64,000 nucleotides of DNA from Gemmatimonadota bacterium (GTDB lineage: Bacteria; Gemmatimonadota; Gemmatimonadetes; Palauibacterales; Palauibacteraceae), in NCBI GenBank assembly GCA_958295535.1, contig OY282356.1, forward strand, positions 2,244,611 through 2,308,610. The letters run 5' to 3'. Position 1 is the first letter of the stretch; each line of letters opens with the position of its first letter. This document shows, one piece after another, positions 60,683 through 64,000 of the stretch. The notes under the pieces are model-generated. The model ran no database searches. It worked only from the letters and a program-made list of their open reading frames with translations, and was not told where the DNA came from. A program made the translations under genes and the position numbers.

Positions 60683-61452
60683 GCATCGCCGCGCGGGGAG
60701 CGATCGTGACCGGAGCCGGACGGGGGATCGGCGCCGCTGCGGCCCTGGCTCTCGCCCGCCAGGGCGTTCGAGTGGTAGTCGGCGCCCGCACCGGCGATGA
60801 GATAGAGGGGGTGGCGGAAGGTCTGCGCGCCGATGGCGCGGAGGCTTGGGCGGTTCGCTGCGATGTCTCCGACCCGGCCAGCGTCCAGGCAATGCACGAG
60901 AAGGCCGTCGAGCATCTGGGCGCGGTCGACATCCTCGTCAACAACGCGGGCGCCGCCAGCAGCGCGCCAGTCGCAGAAGTCGATCTGGCGGAGTGGAACC
61001 GGCTCTTGAGCGTCAACGCCACCGGCGCCCTGCTCGCTATGCAGCGCGTGCTACCCGGCATGATCGAGCGGGGATGGGGACGAGTAGTCAACGTCGCCTC
61101 GACCGCGGCTCTCCAGGGCGCGCGGTATATCGCCGCCTACTCGGCCTCGAAGCACGCGCTGCTCGGGCTGACCCGTTCGGCGGCAGCCGAGGTGGCGGCC
61201 ACCGGGGTGACGGTCAACGCGGTCTGCCCCGGCTACACGGATACGCTAATGACGCGCGGGGCGGTCGACCTCGTCGCCAAGTTGACGGACAAGTCGCATG
61301 CGGATGCGCTCGCGGGGATTCTGGCGGCGGCGAACCAGCACAGACTGATCGCGCCGGAGGAGGTCGCCGCTTCCGTGACCTTTCTCTGTGGAAGGGATGC
61401 GGGTGGCGTCAACGGCCAAGCGATCGTCGTGGACGGTGGAGCCTCCGCGTAA
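60679..61452 (+). CDS. Short-chain dehydrogenase/reductase
   Basis: Motifs TGAGRGIG, NNAG, YSASK and NAVCPG; ATGA overlap with the upstream gene. Confidence 0.95.
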
Positions 61453-61619
61453 CCAAGCTCTTCCTCCGCGGCAGCGAGGCGGACGGCATCGCGGCGGGCG
61501 ACATAAGCGGCTGGCGGCAGTGAAGCGGGCGGCGCCAACAGGCTTGGCCAGCGCGCCGGATGGTGGCGCCATCCGCGTCACCCAGCCAGCTGGAGGCAGA
61601 CAAGAGATCGAGGAACGGA

Positions 61620-62138
61620 ATGGAGAACTACTTCGAAATCCGCAACCCTCCCGCCCTCGGCCAACCGAGGGGCTGGAACCACGGGATGCTGGCCCCGGCA
61701 GAGGGAAGGATTCTCTTTGTCGCGGGACAGACCGGGACTGAACCTGACAAGCGCAATCCAGCCGACAGTGAAGAACAAGCCGACACGGAGGAGTCGGCCG
61801 TCGGGAAGAAACCAGCCGCCAAGCGCCAGACAGCAACTAGCGAGTTCGTCGAACAGTTCGCTGTCGCGCTCGACCGGGTGTTGGCGGTGGTCCGGGATGC
61901 GGGCGGCGAGGCCGGCCACATCGGACGGATGACGATCTTCGTGACCAACATCGATGCCTACCTGGAGTCGCGCACCGACGTTGGCAAGGCTTACCGCGCT
62001 AGAATGGGGCGTCACTACCCCGCGATGGCGCTGGTCGAGGTCGGCAGGCTCGTCGATGCAGGCGCAGTCGTCGAAATCGAAGCTACCGCAGTCCTTCCAA
62101 AGCGCCAGGCCACCGAAAGAGGAGCCGATCCGTGTTGA
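61620..62138 (+). CDS. RidA/YjgF-family protein
   Basis: P.LG.PRGWNHG, LFVAGQ, MGRHYPAMALVEV..L......VEIEA; ATG 61620 after GAGGA. Confidence 0.9.
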   Translation: MENYFEIRNPPALGQPRGWNHGMLAPAEGRILFVAGQTGTEPDKRNPADSEEQADTEESAVGKKPAAKRQTATSEFVEQFAVALDRVLAVVRDAGGEAGHIGRMTIFVTNIDAYLESRTDVGKAYRARMGRHYPAMALVEVGRLVDAGAVVEIEATAVLPKRQATERGADPC

Positions 62139-62929
62139 CGCCCGATTCCTTTCTCTATCGCCTCGACCCGGCCACAGCGGTCGCCACGATCACGTTGAAC
62201 CGCCCGGAGCGCGGCAACGCGCTCACATTCGAAGTCTACAGAGAGCTGAGAGACGCCTTTCTGACGCTCGATACGGAGCCTGGGGTCCGCGCGATCGTGA
62301 TAACCGGCGCCGGCCGCGCTTTCTGCACCGGCGGCGACGTTCGCGACATCATCGGACCGCTGCTGGAGATGGACGCGGACGAACTGCTGGACTTCACGCG
62401 CCTGACTTGCGACCTCATCGCGGCCATGCGCGGGTGCCGGCGACCAGTGGTCGGCGCCTTGAACGGCACCGTAGCCGGCGCCGGGTCCGTAATTGCCACC
62501 GCCTGCGACGTTCGGATCGCGGCCGAATCGTCGAAGATCGCCTTCCTCTTTACCAAGGTCGGGCTCTCGGGCGCCGACATGGGGGTGGCGTGGCTTCTGC
62601 CGCGCATCGTCGGCCTGGGCCGCGCGGCGGAGCTGTTGATGACCGGCGACTTCATCGATGCCGCCGAAGCGCTTCGGATCGGCCTCTACAACCGGGTCGT
62701 GCCGGTGGACGAGGTCCTAGCGAGCGCGACCAGCCTGGCGGCGCGTCTGGCGGCCGGGCCATCGCCTGGGCTGGCGGCAACGAAGCGGGCGTTGGAGCGG
62801 GAAGCGCACATGACGTTGCAAGAGGCGCTGGACGAGGAAGCGCGAGTCCAGGCGCTCTGCATGGAGCACCCGAACTTCCGCGAGGGCTTCCAGGCATTCG
62901 TCGAAAAAAGGGACGCCGCGTTCACATGA
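62132..62929 (+). CDS. Enoyl-CoA hydratase/isomerase family protein
   Basis: Motifs TITLNRPE..NAL, AFCTGGD, NGTVAGAG and F.KVGLSGADMG. Confidence 0.93.
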   Translation: MLTPDSFLYRLDPATAVATITLNRPERGNALTFEVYRELRDAFLTLDTEPGVRAIVITGAGRAFCTGGDVRDIIGPLLEMDADELLDFTRLTCDLIAAMRGCRRPVVGALNGTVAGAGSVIATACDVRIAAESSKIAFLFTKVGLSGADMGVAWLLPRIVGLGRAAELLMTGDFIDAAEALRIGLYNRVVPVDEVLASATSLAARLAAGPSPGLAATKRALEREAHMTLQEALDEEARVQALCMEHPNFREGFQAFVEKRDAAFT

Positions 62930-64000
62930 TCGACTTCCGGGCGGTCCGCGCCTTTCTCGAAAGCAGGCATGCGAAGCTCGGGGACAGCGTGGCCCGCTTC
63001 GCGGCCGTCGAGTTGGCCGAGGAAACCGGGCCGAAAGGCCAACAGCTGTCGCGGGACAGACCGGGTAGCGCCGATGCCGCCGGTGCCGCCGTTGCCGGGG
63101 GAGCGCCTCCGGCGGCGGACGACGACTTGGCCCGGCGGCGCGCTCGTTCGATCTGCGTTTCGCTGGGGCGCCGCGGATGGCTGCGGGCGATCGGCGACCA
63201 AGATTTTCGGGCATGCTGCGTGGTGCGCGAGTCGCTGGCGTATCGTTCGGCGCTGGCGGATTCCGTGTTTGCGCTTCAGGCGCTGGGCACGACCCCGATC
63301 ATTCTCGCGGGGACGGCGCCGCCGCACCGGCAGTGGCTCGATCGCGCGCTCTCCGGGAGCGCCATCGCCGCCTTCGCCCTTACCGAATCCGAAGCCGGGT
63401 CGGACTTGGCCGGCGTGCAGACGACCGCCGTCCGCCACGGCGACAGCTATGTGCTGAACGGCTCGAAGACATTTATCTCCAACGCCGGGATCGCCGACTT
63501 CTACATCGTCCTCGCGGCTACCGATCCCGGCGCCGGTGCGGCGGCGCTCTCCGCCTTTCTCGTCCCGGCGGACACGGAGGGACTCCGCTTCGTCCGGCCG
63601 CAGCTCCTCGCGGACCCGCTCCCGTTGGGCGAGATATCATTCGAGGAGTGCACGGTGCCGCTGTCGGCCCGGCTGGCCGGCGAGGGCGAAGGGTACAAGC
63701 TCGGGCTGGCGACACTCGACCGGCTGCGGCCCACGGTCGGCGCCGCCGCATGCGGGATGGCGGGCAGAGCATTGCAAGAGGCGGTGAGCCACGCCCGCTC
63801 CCGCCGACAGTTCGGGCGGGCACTGTCCAGCTTCCAGATCACCCAGGCGAAGATCGCGCGGATGCTTACCGGCCTCACCGCCGCGCGGCTCCTCGTATAC
63901 CGTGCGGCATGGGAACGCGACGGCGGCGCCGAACGGACCGACGCCGAGGCCGCGATGGCCAAGTCGTTCGCGACGGAGACGGCCCAGCGGATAGTCGACG
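62926..64000 (+). CDS. Acyl-CoA dehydrogenase (3' end outside the window)
   Basis: Not in the ORF track. Manual translation from ATG 62926 (ATGA overlap): MIDFRAV...AFALTESEAGSD...YVLNGSKTFISNAG...GEGEG...RRQFGR...FQITQ...EAAMAK. Confidence 0.93.
   Translation, partial: MIDFRAVRAFLESRHAKLGDSVARFAAVELAEETGPKGQQLSRDRPGSADAAGAAVAGGAPPAADDDLARRRARSICVSLGRRGWLRAIGDQDFRACCVVRESLAYRSALADSVFALQALGTTPIILAGTAPPHRQWLDRALSGSAIAAFALTESEAGSDLAGVQTTAVRHGDSYVLNGSKTFISNAGIADFYIVLAATDPGAGAAALSAFLVPADTEGLRFVRPQLLADPLPLGEISFEECTVPLSARLAGEGEGYKLGLATLDRLRPTVGAAACGMAGRALQEAVSHARSRRQFGRALSSFQITQAKIARMLTGLTAARLLVYRAAWERDGGAERTDAEAAMAKSFATETAQRIVD

Overview
High-GC bacterial chromosomal window. The gene content resembles a diderm, possibly host-associated organism such as the Gemmatimonadota-like sponge symbionts (inference only). 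Bases 1-19522 hold one giant minus-strand ORF that the ORF track misses because it runs off the window edge. It is at least ~6,500 codons long and contains 51 tandem ~126-aa Ig-like DxDxDG repeats. Upstream on the same strand lies a paralogous ~1,700-aa autotransporter with five of the same repeats plus cadherin-like domains. The two genes show DNA-level signs of repeat shuffling and patch conversion. Further along are: a HipA C-terminal remnant; a monoheme cytochrome c/beta-barrel fusion next to a pentaheme cytochrome (candidate new outer-membrane electron conduit); an Lcp/MpaB-like oxygenase plus sulfotransferase; an IetAS-like AAA ATPase/S8 protease pair; a frameshifted Tat phosphoesterase; addAB (AddB has lost its Fe-S cysteines); a DMFase-like lipoprotein; two aldehyde dehydrogenases; a TonB receptor; a cold-shock gene; DUF6065 and DUF1015 genes; and an aryl-CoA (anthranilate-type) catabolic cluster that runs off the right edge. 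Short tandem duplications at gene junctions and low-complexity in-frame insertions in enzymes recur across the window. I saw no rRNA, tRNA, CRISPR array, integrase or transposase. Family assignments come from motif recognition by eye, not from database searches.
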